Source: a virus (Duplodnaviria; Caudoviricetes). From it: 64,000 nucleotides of DNA. Under the pieces are notes generated by a model. The model was given only the letters and a program-made list of their open reading frames with translations. It was not told the origin of the DNA and searched no databases. Of the stretch, positions 46,919 to 57,006 are shown in pieces (position 1 is the first letter of the stretch; the number at the start of each line of letters is the position of its first letter). The position numbers were made by a program, and so were the translations under genes. The stretch covers positions 224,001-288,000 of the IMG/VR virus record IMGVR_UViG_3300028591_000070. One strand, given 5' to 3'.

Positions 46919-46923
46919 ACAAA

Positions 46924-47442
46924 ATGACTGAGACAAAATATATCCCATTTTCTGAATTAAAAGTTGGTATGGAAATCCATGGTTATAAAAAAGGATGCTC
47001 AGAAAGTTTTTGCCGCCAAGAAGTAAAATCAATTAAAAAGAATTCTGTAACTTTAAGCTGGGGAGAAACTCTGGAAAATGCTTCTGATTATATGTTTTCA
47101 ATTGAATTAACTGATGAAGAATTGGAAGAAAAATATAAAGATGCTATTCAGGAAATAAAAGAAGCTCTAAACCATGATTTGGGTCAAGTGGATGGCTATC
47201 ATGAAATGAATAATACTTGGCTTTATGCAGGTGATTTAGCTGAAATAGCCTCATCATTAAATGAACATAATTTAAGAATTATAGGTTATGCAACCTTATC
47301 TGTTCCAAAGCATTCAATGCTTGGCAATTTATTAGATATCGGAGTCGTAGCTGAATATAATGATGGTGAACGAATATGGTGTCACTGCTCTAATAAACAT
47401 AGAAAATTTCTTTTGGAAGGTAAAATAGAAGATGATGACTGA
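46924..47442 (+). CDS. hypothetical protein
   Basis: AGGAG SD. Confidence 0.7.
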   Translation: MTETKYIPFSELKVGMEIHGYKKGCSESFCRQEVKSIKKNSVTLSWGETLENASDYMFSIELTDEELEEKYKDAIQEIKEALNHDLGQVDGYHEMNNTWLYAGDLAEIASSLNEHNLRIIGYATLSVPKHSMLGNLLDIGVVAEYNDGERIWCHCSNKHRKFLLEGKIEDDD

Positions 47443-47827
47443 AGAAGAACTTAGAAAAGAAGCAACCTCAACTATCGAATGGGAAAATATACCAATGATC
47501 GACCGACCTTTATTTGTTCATGGGTATATAACAAGCGCGAAGCCAAGAGAAAAGTGTATAGAAGAGCAAAAAGTAAAAATTGCGGAACTTGAACTAAAGA
47601 TAAAATATCTCACCGAGCATCTGGAACCACAGACTGCATCCGCATTATTTGAACAAGTTGAAGAAGAAGTTGAGCGAGAGCAGAAACTCAAAGAATTCGA
47701 AGAACAAATTGAAAAAATGAGGTCTTTATTAAAAGAAATATATGTGGAATATGGTTTTTCTGAGTTGGTAAAAATAAGAAACGACTTGCCCACAGAAATA
47801 CAAGAAGTTATTAATGATGAAAGATAA
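47432..47827 (+). CDS. coiled-coil protein (AKPREK family)
   Basis: GYITSAKPREKCIE shared with 48128..48610. Confidence 0.65.
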   Translation: MMTEEELRKEATSTIEWENIPMIDRPLFVHGYITSAKPREKCIEEQKVKIAELELKIKYLTEHLEPQTASALFEQVEEEVEREQKLKEFEEQIEKMRSLLKEIYVEYGFSELVKIRNDLPTEIQEVINDER

Positions 47828-48128
47828 GATAAATATTCTTGGCACAGATTATAAGATTATTTTTGAAACAAAAGAAGAAAATGAGCAATTACTAGAATGT
47901 AAAGGGTATGCAGATTTTTCCACAAAAGAAATCCACATAAATAAAGAAACATATGATTGGTATGGGCTTGGTTGGAAAACACTAAAACATGAAATTGTGC
48001 ATTGTTTTATTTTTGAGAGTGGATTATGGAATAATTGCTCTTGGGCAGATAATGAAGAACTAACAGATTGGATTGCAATTCAAACACCAAAATTAGCAAA
48101 ATGCTTTGAAAGTTTGGGAGAAAAATAA
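47814..48128 (+). CDS. small HExxH metallopeptidase-like phage protein
   Basis: KINILG..Y...G..D....I...TLKHEIVH...ESGL. Confidence 0.7.
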   Translation: MMKDKINILGTDYKIIFETKEENEQLLECKGYADFSTKEIHINKETYDWYGLGWKTLKHEIVHCFIFESGLWNNCSWADNEELTDWIAIQTPKLAKCFESLGEK

Positions 48129-48610
48129 TGAAAAAACTTGAAAAAGAAGTAGAAGAATGGCTTGATAAGAAATATTTAAAAGATATGGGCGTTAGAAAAC
48201 CTTGTAGAGAAGCCTATCTTGCAGCTGCAAAACCTAGAGAAAAGCAAATTGAAGTTCTTAAAAAAGAAAATGCAGATCTTAAAAAGAAAAATACTGCTCT
48301 AAGACAAGATTGGGACATAATGAAGAGTACCATAACTGATTATGAAAAAGAAAATGAAGAGCTAACAAAAAAGTTAGAGGGCGCAGAAAGAGCAAGAGAT
48401 TATTGGAAAGACAGCTCTTTTGATTGGCGGCATAAATGCACAAGTAGAAAACCTTTTAAAGCAGCAGTAAAAGCACAGAAACAACTCTCTAAAGCAAAAA
48501 CTCTACTAGCGAAATGGGTAGAGCTATATAAGCCAAAATTAGAAGACTTCCCAAAACCACCAATACAGGTTGATACAGAACAATTTTTAAAGGAGACAGA
48601 AAATGAATAA
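48128..48610 (+). CDS. coiled-coil protein (AKPREK family)
   Basis: AYLAAAKPREKQIE. Confidence 0.65.
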   Translation: MKKLEKEVEEWLDKKYLKDMGVRKPCREAYLAAAKPREKQIEVLKKENADLKKKNTALRQDWDIMKSTITDYEKENEELTKKLEGAERARDYWKDSSFDWRHKCTSRKPFKAAVKAQKQLSKAKTLLAKWVELYKPKLEDFPKPPIQVDTEQFLKETENE

Positions 48611-48836
48611 TAATATTACAAATAAAGAACTCGCAGAATGGCTGGCACATGGCAAAGGTGAATGGAAACATGAACCTTCTAACTCTGGAAAGATTTATGA
48701 TTTCTATTATTTTAACCCAAACGATGCAGACAAACAGATAACAATAAATGAAGAAAATCAAAAAATCGTTGTAAGAAAATATGGCGATAATGAATGGCAT
48801 AGTCCAACTTATGATTATTGCGAGATTGAGAAATGA
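48603..48836 (+). CDS. hypothetical protein
   Basis: Coupled ORF with SD. Confidence 0.65.
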   Translation: MNNNITNKELAEWLAHGKGEWKHEPSNSGKIYDFYYFNPNDADKQITINEENQKIVVRKYGDNEWHSPTYDYCEIEK

Positions 48837-49039
48837 TTATATTTGAAAAATGGTGGCATAAAAATAATAAAGTTATTAATCTTCAATATTGTAAAGAATG
48901 GAAAAAACCAATGTATAAAATATATACCAATGGTGGAAAAAGAAAGAATGGTGATAACTGTTTTGACTTTCATATTCATTTTGGAAGATTTTCTTTCTCC
49001 TATACAAATTATGATTTACAGAGAAAGGTGGGAAAATGA
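48833..49039 (+). CDS. hypothetical protein
   Basis: ATGA-overlap coupling on both sides. Confidence 0.55.
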   Translation: MIIFEKWWHKNNKVINLQYCKEWKKPMYKIYTNGGKRKNGDNCFDFHIHFGRFSFSYTNYDLQRKVGK

Positions 49040-49242
49040 ATAATGTAATTATACATTGCCCAGATGGAGATGAATGTATTACAAATGCCTATGAATATTA
49101 TGCAGAAAATAATCGACTTAAATTCCGTAGTCTAGTTACTGGTAATTGGATAGCTGTTGATGATGTTGATATTGCTATAGAAATTACTGGCTTTCTCGTA
49201 GAAATAACTTGTACATATAGGCATAATTTGAATTTCTCTTAA
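49036..49242 (+). CDS. hypothetical protein
   Basis: Coupled ORF. Confidence 0.55.
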   Translation: MNNVIIHCPDGDECITNAYEYYAENNRLKFRSLVTGNWIAVDDVDIAIEITGFLVEITCTYRHNLNFS

Positions 49243-49276
49243 GTTTGTAGTATATTCTATATAAGAGGTAAATAAT
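49228..49276 (+). promoter_or_regulatory. sigma70-type (early-class) promoter plus SD
   Basis: TTGAAT-N17-TATATT-CTATATAAGAGGT. Confidence 0.8.
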
Positions 49277-49609
49277 ATGCGTTTAGAAGTTAATTCACAG
49301 GTAGAAGTTATTAAGATTTTTAAGGAAAAGCTCTCAAGCAATAAAGCTTGGGCACTTCGCGGACTGAAGGTTATCTATGATAATCAGACAGCTGATGAAA
49401 AGCGCGATGCTTCTACAAAGCATTATAACAAGATTGGTTTTACTGGTTCTGATGCTGAAATTCTTACTTCATTTGCTCAGCAGTATGAACGTAAAGGAGA
49501 CCTTTCTGACAAGCAGATGGCACTTCTTTACAAGAAAATGCCAAAATATGCTGGACAGCTGCTCAAAATGAGTGGCCTTAAGAAAGTAAACCACGGCTTT
49601 GAAAAATAA
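49277..49609 (+). CDS. conserved large-phage hypothetical protein
   Basis: IY..QTADE.....T...N..GF...DA..LTSFA...LS.KQ...KYA.QL pattern. Confidence 0.75.
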   Translation: MRLEVNSQVEVIKIFKEKLSSNKAWALRGLKVIYDNQTADEKRDASTKHYNKIGFTGSDAEILTSFAQQYERKGDLSDKQMALLYKKMPKYAGQLLKMSGLKKVNHGFEK

Positions 49610-49632
49610 GTCATAGTTGTACCCTCCCACTT

Positions 49633-49662
49633 GGACCTTCTGTGAAAGGAAGGTCCTTTTTT
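49633..49662 (+). terminator. intrinsic terminator
   Basis: GGACCTTC-TGTGAAAG-GAAGGTCC-TTTTTT. Confidence 0.85.
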
Positions 49663-49884
49663 GTTTTAAAAACTCATGAAACTGGTCACTGTTAAATTAT
49701 ATTTAAAGATGACCACTTTCCAGACTTTTTTCGCTTCGCTCAAAAATCCTGTAAACTGGTACTGTGACCACGGCACCGCCTTAGGTCTGCTAATAAGTGG
49801 ATATAAATCAAAAAAGACCTTAAATCTATTCTGTTAATATTTTTATATTATGATTAAAAATTTAATATCAATGGAGGATAAGTA
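49663..49884. other. structured non-coding region upstream of recA (origin or ncRNA candidate)
   Basis: Longest gap in the window; inverted and direct repeats; GCGAAGC mini-hairpin on the minus strand. Confidence 0.4.
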
Positions 49885-51036
49885 GTGTCTAGTGCTTTTG
49901 ACAAGTTAATTAAGAAAGTGGCCGATAAAAATCCTATGGCAGTATCATGCGATGGTACTATTAAATGGTGTCCTATAGAGTCGCCTCAGGCAACCTATAT
50001 GATGGGTGGTGGAGTTCCAACAGCTCGTATTATTCGTTTCAGAGGACCTTCATCTTCTGGTAAATCTGCATTTTGTAATTATTTAGCAGGTCAGCTTCAG
50101 AAAGGTTGTCCAGAACTTTATGACAATCCAAATAAAAATAAAGTTTTATATCTTGACTTTGAGCGTACATTTGAAAAGAGATTTGCAACTTCAGTAGGTG
50201 TTGATACAAGTCCAGATAAGTTTTTCCAGTTGACATTTGATACAATTGAAGATATGTCAGATGGTATTGAAGATCTTGTAAAATCTGGAGAAGTTGCGGC
50301 AATTATTTTAGACTCAGATGCGGCAGCACCAACTCGTACTACAATTACAGACCCAGCTGGTAAGGCATCTTTTGGTTCACGCGCTAAAGCTCTTACAGAG
50401 TTCTGTAATAAATACAATATTCTTTGTGCAAATTATGGTACAACTATTCTTTGGATTTCTCAGGAACGTGCAAACCTTAATCCTATGGCACGTCTTCCAA
50501 CTGCAACTGGTGGTGAAGCAATCAATTATTATACATCAATCACATGTCGTATTACTAAAACAGATGATATTAAGGATGCTACAGGTGATGTTTGTGGTAT
50601 TGAGATGCGCGTAAGAAACTACAAAAATAAGTGTTCTGTTCCATTCCGTGATGCTAATATGAAGCTTTACTATGATGGTGGTTTTGACTCTAATTCAGAG
50701 TATATCGACTTCCTTCTTCTTTTAGGAATGGTAAAACAGGCCGGAGCTTATTTTAAGTTTAGCCATGAAGGTCAGGATTATTCTCTTCAGGGACGTAAAA
50801 AACTTCAGGAATGGCTTGATACTCATGCTGATGTTTATGATTCTTGGAAGAAAGAGATTATTGAGAAGATTTCTCATCACAATGAGATTTTGGATGCTAA
50901 TAATCAGGCAACAGATGAAAATGGAAATGAGATTTCTTTGGATGAAGCTAAGAAAATGGGAAATGCTGTTGACCCAGCAGAACTCGCTTCTCAAGCTTTG
51001 GCTGCAGCAACAGCAGATGATGCTGTGACTGATTAA
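49885..51036 (+). CDS. recA: RecA/UvsX recombinase
   Basis: GGGVP..RII...GPSSSGKS, YLDFE, ILDS, ISQER, TGGEA, KNK; GTTAATATT at 49833-49841. Confidence 0.92.
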   Translation: MSSAFDKLIKKVADKNPMAVSCDGTIKWCPIESPQATYMMGGGVPTARIIRFRGPSSSGKSAFCNYLAGQLQKGCPELYDNPNKNKVLYLDFERTFEKRFATSVGVDTSPDKFFQLTFDTIEDMSDGIEDLVKSGEVAAIILDSDAAAPTRTTITDPAGKASFGSRAKALTEFCNKYNILCANYGTTILWISQERANLNPMARLPTATGGEAINYYTSITCRITKTDDIKDATGDVCGIEMRVRNYKNKCSVPFRDANMKLYYDGGFDSNSEYIDFLLLLGMVKQAGAYFKFSHEGQDYSLQGRKKLQEWLDTHADVYDSWKKEIIEKISHHNEILDANNQATDENGNEISLDEAKKMGNAVDPAELASQALAAATADDAVTD

Positions 51037-51078
51037 AACATGGAGCCACTCCTTAAATGGAGTGGTTAATATTTTACT

Positions 51079-51438
51079 ATGAGCAATAAACAAATTTTTA
51101 AACTCTCTAAGGAAGAGAAAGAATTTTTACAGAAAGTCTCAAATGTTAGTGGTATTAAGAAACAATCAATCCAGATGGTTTGGTTGTATACTATTTATAC
51201 AATGCTTTTAGAGGCTGCTGAAAATAAAAATGCCAAGTTTACAGAGCTTATCATTCCTTATTTTGCAAAAATCCTGGCAAAATCTACAGAAGATGACTAT
51301 GAGCTCATTATGAATTTAAACTCAGATTTTACTGAGCAACTTAAAAACGTTAAGAATGATGATTTCCTTGATTTAATCAATTTCTTTAAGGAAAATTTCG
51401 TTAAGCAAACAATCAATCAGGTAGTAGTAAACTCATGA
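51079..51438 (+). CDS. hypothetical protein
   Basis: Leaderless-like start 5 nt after GTTAATATT (51065-51073). Confidence 0.65.
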   Translation: MSNKQIFKLSKEEKEFLQKVSNVSGIKKQSIQMVWLYTIYTMLLEAAENKNAKFTELIIPYFAKILAKSTEDDYELIMNLNSDFTEQLKNVKNDDFLDLINFFKENFVKQTINQVVVNS

Positions 51439-51785
51439 TAAATACAATTTTATTGATAATCCTTGCTCTTATTGGGTTTGGAATAATTGGAATAGGAATA
51501 AATATCTCTAAAAAATTAGATTCTCTTAAGGATGGAAATAATCCTCTCACATCAGACATTAGTTTGATTGATGAGGTTGTAAATTATATATCATCAAAAG
51601 GATTAGAGCCAACTATCGGAGATAGCGATAGTGGTAAACAGTATTTTGCTTACATCAAAGATAATGTAATTATGAATATAGTTCCTATTGAGGATATTGA
51701 ATATAAAAAAGATTCATTAGCATGGAAAGCTCGAAGATCAGAACTTTTTAAAGCTATTGATAAATATTTGGAAGAGAACAACTAA
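51435..51785 (+). CDS. N-anchored membrane protein
   Basis: N-terminal TM helix. Confidence 0.65.
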   Translation: MINTILLIILALIGFGIIGIGINISKKLDSLKDGNNPLTSDISLIDEVVNYISSKGLEPTIGDSDSGKQYFAYIKDNVIMNIVPIEDIEYKKDSLAWKARRSELFKAIDKYLEENN

Positions 51786-52798
51786 TGGCGTTATATTTAC
51801 TTGGAGATTTGCATTTTACAAATTCCCATGAATGGGATGATATTTGTTTTACAAGATTTATTGAATATTTCTCAAACCTAGAAGTGGAGGCTGATTCAAG
51901 CCTCCTTTTATTAGGTGATATATCTGATAAGAAGATAAATGATAGTAAAACAATTGATTTGATTTCTTGGTTCTTTGCCGTGGCCCTTAAAAAGTTTAAG
52001 ATGATTTATGTATTAGGTGGAAATCACGATATGCATAAGGATTCTTTTAAGAAAGTTCATTATACAACACAGTTTGTTAAGTATTTTAATTCAGAAAAAA
52101 TACACCTCATTTATAATGAGGAAATATTAGATATTGATGGCCTTAAAGTATTAGCATTACCTCATAAAGAAACAACATTGGGAATAGAAGAATATTATAA
52201 TTCAGAATTGGATAATAAATATTATTCTACTCAAGTTGATTTATTGGTGGGACATTTAAACATTTATGATGAAAAAATGCCAATGGCTGAAGGTTTAGAT
52301 ATACATAAGTTTAATTATAAAACAGCTTATTTTGGACATGTACATTCAAGAGTTGGTTCATATGCTCAGAATTATACTGGTTCTATTATGCCATTTAAGA
52401 AAACCGAGAATGATACTACTCTTCCAAGATGTATTGCTAAAATAACAAAAGACTCAGTGGAAGAAATTCCATTACCAATCTTTAAGTTATTCAAGACTTT
52501 GGATATTTCTAAAGAATTGCCAGACCATAAAAAAGATGCCAATCCAACCATTATTTATGATTTTATAAACTGTAATGATGAGACAGCAGAATCACTTAAA
52601 AAGGACTATTTTGTAAGGTCTGAAAAAGATGTATTAGACATGTCCGAGGATGTAGAAGTTGATCAAGAAGCTGTTATTTTTGAGCAGATTTTTGAAAGTT
52701 TCTATGATGCATACACCCAGATGTGTAAAGATTTAGACATTCATCCAAAACGTTCTGTAAACTCTATAATTAAACAACTCTTGGAAGAAGATGATTAA
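51785..52798 (+). CDS. Mre11/SbcD/T4 gp47-like metallophosphoesterase nuclease
   Basis: GDLH, GDI, GGNHD, GH, FGHVH motifs. Confidence 0.88.
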   Translation: MALYLLGDLHFTNSHEWDDICFTRFIEYFSNLEVEADSSLLLLGDISDKKINDSKTIDLISWFFAVALKKFKMIYVLGGNHDMHKDSFKKVHYTTQFVKYFNSEKIHLIYNEEILDIDGLKVLALPHKETTLGIEEYYNSELDNKYYSTQVDLLVGHLNIYDEKMPMAEGLDIHKFNYKTAYFGHVHSRVGSYAQNYTGSIMPFKKTENDTTLPRCIAKITKDSVEEIPLPIFKLFKTLDISKELPDHKKDANPTIIYDFINCNDETAESLKKDYFVRSEKDVLDMSEDVEVDQEAVIFEQIFESFYDAYTQMCKDLDIHPKRSVNSIIKQLLEEDD

Positions 52799-52850
52799 GT
52801 TATTTTCAATAATGACCTTTGAAAATAAAAAATTAAGCTAATTTATTCCT

Positions 52851-55409
52851 ATGAAGGAAGAGAATATGATAAAAACAGTAATTAAAAGGGATGGTGTTAA
52901 AAGACAAGATTTCAATCCCGAGAAAATTAAAAAAGCTATAAGAGCAGCAAATACTCAAGTAGATAAAGAAAAAAGACTCGATGAAGATCAAATTGAAAAA
53001 GTATTACAAAATGTTATAAAGTCTATTGAAAGTATTCAAGAGGAAACAATAGATATTGAACAAATTCAGGATTTTGTAGAAAAGAGTCTTATTAAATATA
53101 ATCATCATGCAGTAGTTAAGGCTTTTATTCTTTACCGTGAAGAACGTAACAAGGAAAGATTTAAGAAGCTTGCTATTACCAAAGAAATAAATAAAAAATT
53201 AGCTGCGTCTGATATTGAAAATCAGAATGCTAATGTTGATGAAGCTTCTTTTGGTGGTCGTAAAGGTGAAGCATCTTCATGTCTTAATAAACAACTTGCA
53301 TTGGATTATTATATGAATCCAAAATTTGCAAAAAATCATTTATTAAACAGAATTTATATTCACGACCTTGACTCATTTGTAGTAGGACAGCACAACTGTC
53401 TTTCATTGCCTATTGACCATTTATTAAAGAAAGGATTTAAGACTAGGCAAACAGATATTCGTCCAGCAAGGTCTGTTTCTACAGCTTTCCAGTTGTTAGC
53501 AGTTGGATTCCAAGTTCAGTCATTGCAGCAATTTGGTGGTGTTTCAGTGACACACTTAGACTGGTCACTTGTTCCATACGTAAGATACTCATTCATGAAG
53601 CATTTTATCCTCAATTACCTTAAACTTACTGGTGAGTTTGAAAAACTTGATTTGCTTCTTATGACAACAGAAGAATTGGACGACTGGATCGACAACAATA
53701 AACAAAAATATCTCAAGAAATGGAAGCTCTCTTATAAAGATTTCTATTTCGATAATAAAATATTTAAGAAAAGAAAGTTTAGAAAACTTCGCCAGATGGC
53801 ATTATTAGATACAATTGTTGAAACAAATCAAGCAGCAGAAGGTATGTATCATAACTTAAATACATTACAATCTCGTTCTGGTAATCAGTTGCCATTTACC
53901 TCTATCAATTATGGTACATGTACTTCAAGTGAAGGTCGTTTGATTATTAAAGCTCTCTTGAATGGTAGTATCAAAGGTGTTGGTATCAATCACAGAACAG
54001 CAATCTTCCCATGTGGTATCTTCCAGTACAGCAAGAAGATTAATGGTTTCCCAGGAACTCCAAATTATGATATGTATCAATTAGCCCTTAAATCAACAGC
54101 TAAGAGACTTTATCCAAATTATGTTAATACTGATTGGTCTAATGATACAGATTGGTCTGATGTTGCATTCAAGAAACTTCATCTTTCAAAGATGACAAAA
54201 GAAGATGAAAAAACATTGATTAAGCGTCTCCAAGAAAATGAAGACTTAATGGATATTTTTGGTCTTGAGATTAAAAACGGCCATGTTAAAGCAATGGATA
54301 TCATTCCAGCTGCAATGCCTTCAACTATGGGATGTCGTACTTATACAAGTAAAGACGTTAGTTGGCCAGAGGATTGGACTTCTGAATTAAGAAAGACTAT
54401 TGATAATCCATCATATCAGCCTGTAACATTTGCCTCTTCTCATATGAAGGATGGCCGTGGAAATATTTGTCCTGCAACTATCATTCTCCCAACATTAGCT
54501 ATGGAAGCTAAGAAAAAAGCTGAAAAAGAGCAGCAACCTGAATATATTGTAGATTATTTCATGGATATTCTTGAAAAAGCAATAGGTGATTGTAAAGATG
54601 AATTGCTTGAAAGATTTAATTGGATTTGTGCTCAGCCAGCCGCTTCAGCTAAGTTTATGTATGAAAACAATACATTCTTTGGATATAAACCTGAGGAAGG
54701 TGTTCGTTCAGCATTGAGACATGGTTCATTAGCAGTTGGCCAACTCGGTCTTGCAGAATGTCTTCAGATTTTGGTTGGTTGTAATCATACTGAAGAAAAA
54801 GGTATGAAAGTTGCTAAACAGATTGAACAGCTATTTAAGGATAAGTGTGCCGAATATAAAGAGCATTATAAATTAAACTTTGGTGTTTATTACACTCCTG
54901 CTGAAAACCTCTGTTATACAGCAATGAAGAAGTTTAAGGCTAAATATGGTGAAATTCCAAATGTATCAAATCATGAATACTTTACAAACTCAATTCATGT
55001 TCCAGTTTGGGAAAAGGTTTCTCCATTCAGAAAGATTGATATTGAAAGTCAATTGACAGGATATTCTGGAGCAGGATGTATCACTTATGTTGAATTAGAC
55101 AGTAATGCTATAAATAACCTTAAATCTTTGGAAGAGATTGTAAATTATGCGATGGCAAAAGATATTCCATATTTTGCATTAAATGTTCCAGTAGATTATT
55201 GTGAATGTTGTGGATATCAGGGATTTATTGATAATGAATGTCCAATTTGTCATAATGATGATGAAAATCAAATTCAGAGATTGCGCCGTGTAACTGGTTA
55301 TCTTTCAACAGATTACCGTCATTTCAATCCTGGAAAACAGAGAGAAGTTTTGGAAAGAGTTCATCATACAGATATGATGCAAGATTGGAAGAAATATGCA
55401 GATTGCTAA
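52851..55409 (+). CDS. nrdD: anaerobic ribonucleoside-triphosphate reductase with ATP cone
   Basis: VIKRDG ATP cone, ENQNANVDE, HNC, MGCRT, TPAENL, CECC...CPIC, RVTGYL glycyl-radical motif. Confidence 0.97.
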   Translation: MKEENMIKTVIKRDGVKRQDFNPEKIKKAIRAANTQVDKEKRLDEDQIEKVLQNVIKSIESIQEETIDIEQIQDFVEKSLIKYNHHAVVKAFILYREERNKERFKKLAITKEINKKLAASDIENQNANVDEASFGGRKGEASSCLNKQLALDYYMNPKFAKNHLLNRIYIHDLDSFVVGQHNCLSLPIDHLLKKGFKTRQTDIRPARSVSTAFQLLAVGFQVQSLQQFGGVSVTHLDWSLVPYVRYSFMKHFILNYLKLTGEFEKLDLLLMTTEELDDWIDNNKQKYLKKWKLSYKDFYFDNKIFKKRKFRKLRQMALLDTIVETNQAAEGMYHNLNTLQSRSGNQLPFTSINYGTCTSSEGRLIIKALLNGSIKGVGINHRTAIFPCGIFQYSKKINGFPGTPNYDMYQLALKSTAKRLYPNYVNTDWSNDTDWSDVAFKKLHLSKMTKEDEKTLIKRLQENEDLMDIFGLEIKNGHVKAMDIIPAAMPSTMGCRTYTSKDVSWPEDWTSELRKTIDNPSYQPVTFASSHMKDGRGNICPATIILPTLAMEAKKKAEKEQQPEYIVDYFMDILEKAIGDCKDELLERFNWICAQPAASAKFMYENNTFFGYKPEEGVRSALRHGSLAVGQLGLAECLQILVGCNHTEEKGMKVAKQIEQLFKDKCAEYKEHYKLNFGVYYTPAENLCYTAMKKFKAKYGEIPNVSNHEYFTNSIHVPVWEKVSPFRKIDIESQLTGYSGAGCITYVELDSNAINNLKSLEEIVNYAMAKDIPYFALNVPVDYCECCGYQGFIDNECPICHNDDENQIQRLRRVTGYLSTDYRHFNPGKQREVLERVHHTDMMQDWKKYADC

Positions 55410-55881
55410 TATTATTCTAAATGATGTTCAAAATGGTGAAAGTGGAATAGTTGTCTCACTTTGGGTAAGTGGCTGTCCACATAAATGTCCTGGTTGTCAT
55501 AATGCTGAATTATGGGATTATTCATATGGCCAGGATATTCCAATAGACCAATTAAAAATTATAATCCAAAAAATGATTTCTGCTGAAGGGATAACTAGAG
55601 ACTTAGCCATTTTAGGTGGTGAGCCTCTAGATCCATCAAAAAGAGATGAGATGGCAGAATTATTAAAGCATATTAAGTTTGTATATCCAGATAAGAAAAT
55701 CTATTTATGGACAGGCTATGACTATAAAGATGTTAAAAAGTTGGAATGCCTCAAATATGTAGATGTTCTTATTGACGGAAAGTTTGACATTACAAAAAGA
55801 GATCTTACCTTGAAATTAAGAGGTAGTTCTAATCAAAATATCTACTATAGAAAAGGTCGAAGACTAAAGAGAGGGAAATAA
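55396..55881 (+). CDS. nrdG: anaerobic RNR activase
   Basis: GCPHKCPGCHN, LGGEP, WTGY, DVLIDG.F, RGSSNQ. Confidence 0.95.
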   Translation: MQIANIILNDVQNGESGIVVSLWVSGCPHKCPGCHNAELWDYSYGQDIPIDQLKIIIQKMISAEGITRDLAILGGEPLDPSKRDEMAELLKHIKFVYPDKKIYLWTGYDYKDVKKLECLKYVDVLIDGKFDITKRDLTLKLRGSSNQNIYYRKGRRLKRGK

Positions 55882-56037
55882 ATGGCATCATATTTTGAAT
55901 GGAAAAAGATTAATCAAAAGGATTATGAAGAGATTAGAAAAGCTTTTATTATTGCAGCCAATGAATATGAGTTAGAAGAAGCATTTAAACTTTTCTATGA
56001 TAAAATAAATAATCTCTCAGAAGATGATGGAAAATAG
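55882..56037 (+). CDS. 51-aa hypothetical protein (not in ORF track)
   Basis: ATG directly after the nrdG stop with GAGG SD; MASYFEWKKINQKDYEEIRKAF... Confidence 0.6.
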   Translation: MASYFEWKKINQKDYEEIRKAFIIAANEYELEEAFKLFYDKINNLSEDDGK

Positions 56038-56085
56038 TTGAAAATTTATTAATCTTGGTGGTATATTCTATATACGAGGTAGAAT
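56038..56085 (+). promoter_or_regulatory. sigma70-type (early-class) promoter plus SD
   Basis: TTGAAA-N18-TATATT-CTATATACGAGGT. Confidence 0.7.
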
Positions 56086-57006
56086 ATGGCTAAAGAAAAA
56101 AGATTTAATAAACTTTATCCACCAATTCCAATATTTCCTGAAGAATATGCTCCTAGGGGTTTTGATCTTAATAATGAAGTTTTACCTTCCCTTGCAGAAG
56201 AGATGCTTTGGAATTGTGCTTCATATTATTTGCATGAATCTTATTGGAAGCGTCTTATAGAATTAAATAACTTCTGGCAGTGTCTTAAGCCAGAACTTAC
56301 TAAAAATCAACGACAACTCTCATTTCCAGCTGATTTTGAAACTTTGCTTGCTGAAATGAAAGATATTAAAACTGCTGAGTCTGAAGCTAAAAAGCAGTGG
56401 CAGAAAAATAATAAAATTGAGTATGCAAAACAAAAATCTGAAAACGAAAAATTCCGTGATGAACATAATTTCTGTCTTATTGATGGCAAAAAGGTGAAAT
56501 GTCCTTATCAAATAGAAGGACCTGGACTTATTATGTCACACCCAGGTGATCCTAAGTTTGGTGCTTGGAAATATCGTGTAAAGCCAGAAGATGTTACATT
56601 AAATATTGTTGGTTATGAAACTCCAAAAGACTGGAAGGGCAAGGTTGTTTCATCTAACACATCTCAGTGGGTCTTCAAATATAAGATGGACTGTGGCCGC
56701 AAAGGTATGTCTTGCTATACTCAGCTTGCTAAAAAAGCTAATGTTGATGCTAAGAGTGATATTGCTCAGGGAAATACTTCTAAGAAGTTTGATAAAACAA
56801 TGAAAGCTATTAAGAAGTATAAAAAACTTGAAAAACATATTGAAGATGGTCTTAAGTCTTCAGATTTGAAAACACAGCAAACTGCTTTAGTTACTTGGTT
56901 GATTTCTCAGACTGGTATTCGTGTCGGAAATGAAAAAAATCTTAATATTTCTGCTGATACTGTTGGAGCCACAACTCTCAAGGTTAAAGACATCATCTTG
57001 AATTAA
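56086..57006 (+). CDS. type IB topoisomerase, eukaryote-like, N-terminal half
   Basis: AEE...NNFW, FCLIDG, IEGPGL...PKFG..K.RVKPEDVTLN, KKF.K, IRVGNEK....DTVG..TLKV matches TOP1 core up to the first catalytic Arg. Confidence 0.9.
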   Translation: MAKEKRFNKLYPPIPIFPEEYAPRGFDLNNEVLPSLAEEMLWNCASYYLHESYWKRLIELNNFWQCLKPELTKNQRQLSFPADFETLLAEMKDIKTAESEAKKQWQKNNKIEYAKQKSENEKFRDEHNFCLIDGKKVKCPYQIEGPGLIMSHPGDPKFGAWKYRVKPEDVTLNIVGYETPKDWKGKVVSSNTSQWVFKYKMDCGRKGMSCYTQLAKKANVDAKSDIAQGNTSKKFDKTMKAIKKYKKLEKHIEDGLKSSDLKTQQTALVTWLISQTGIRVGNEKNLNISADTVGATTLKVKDIILN

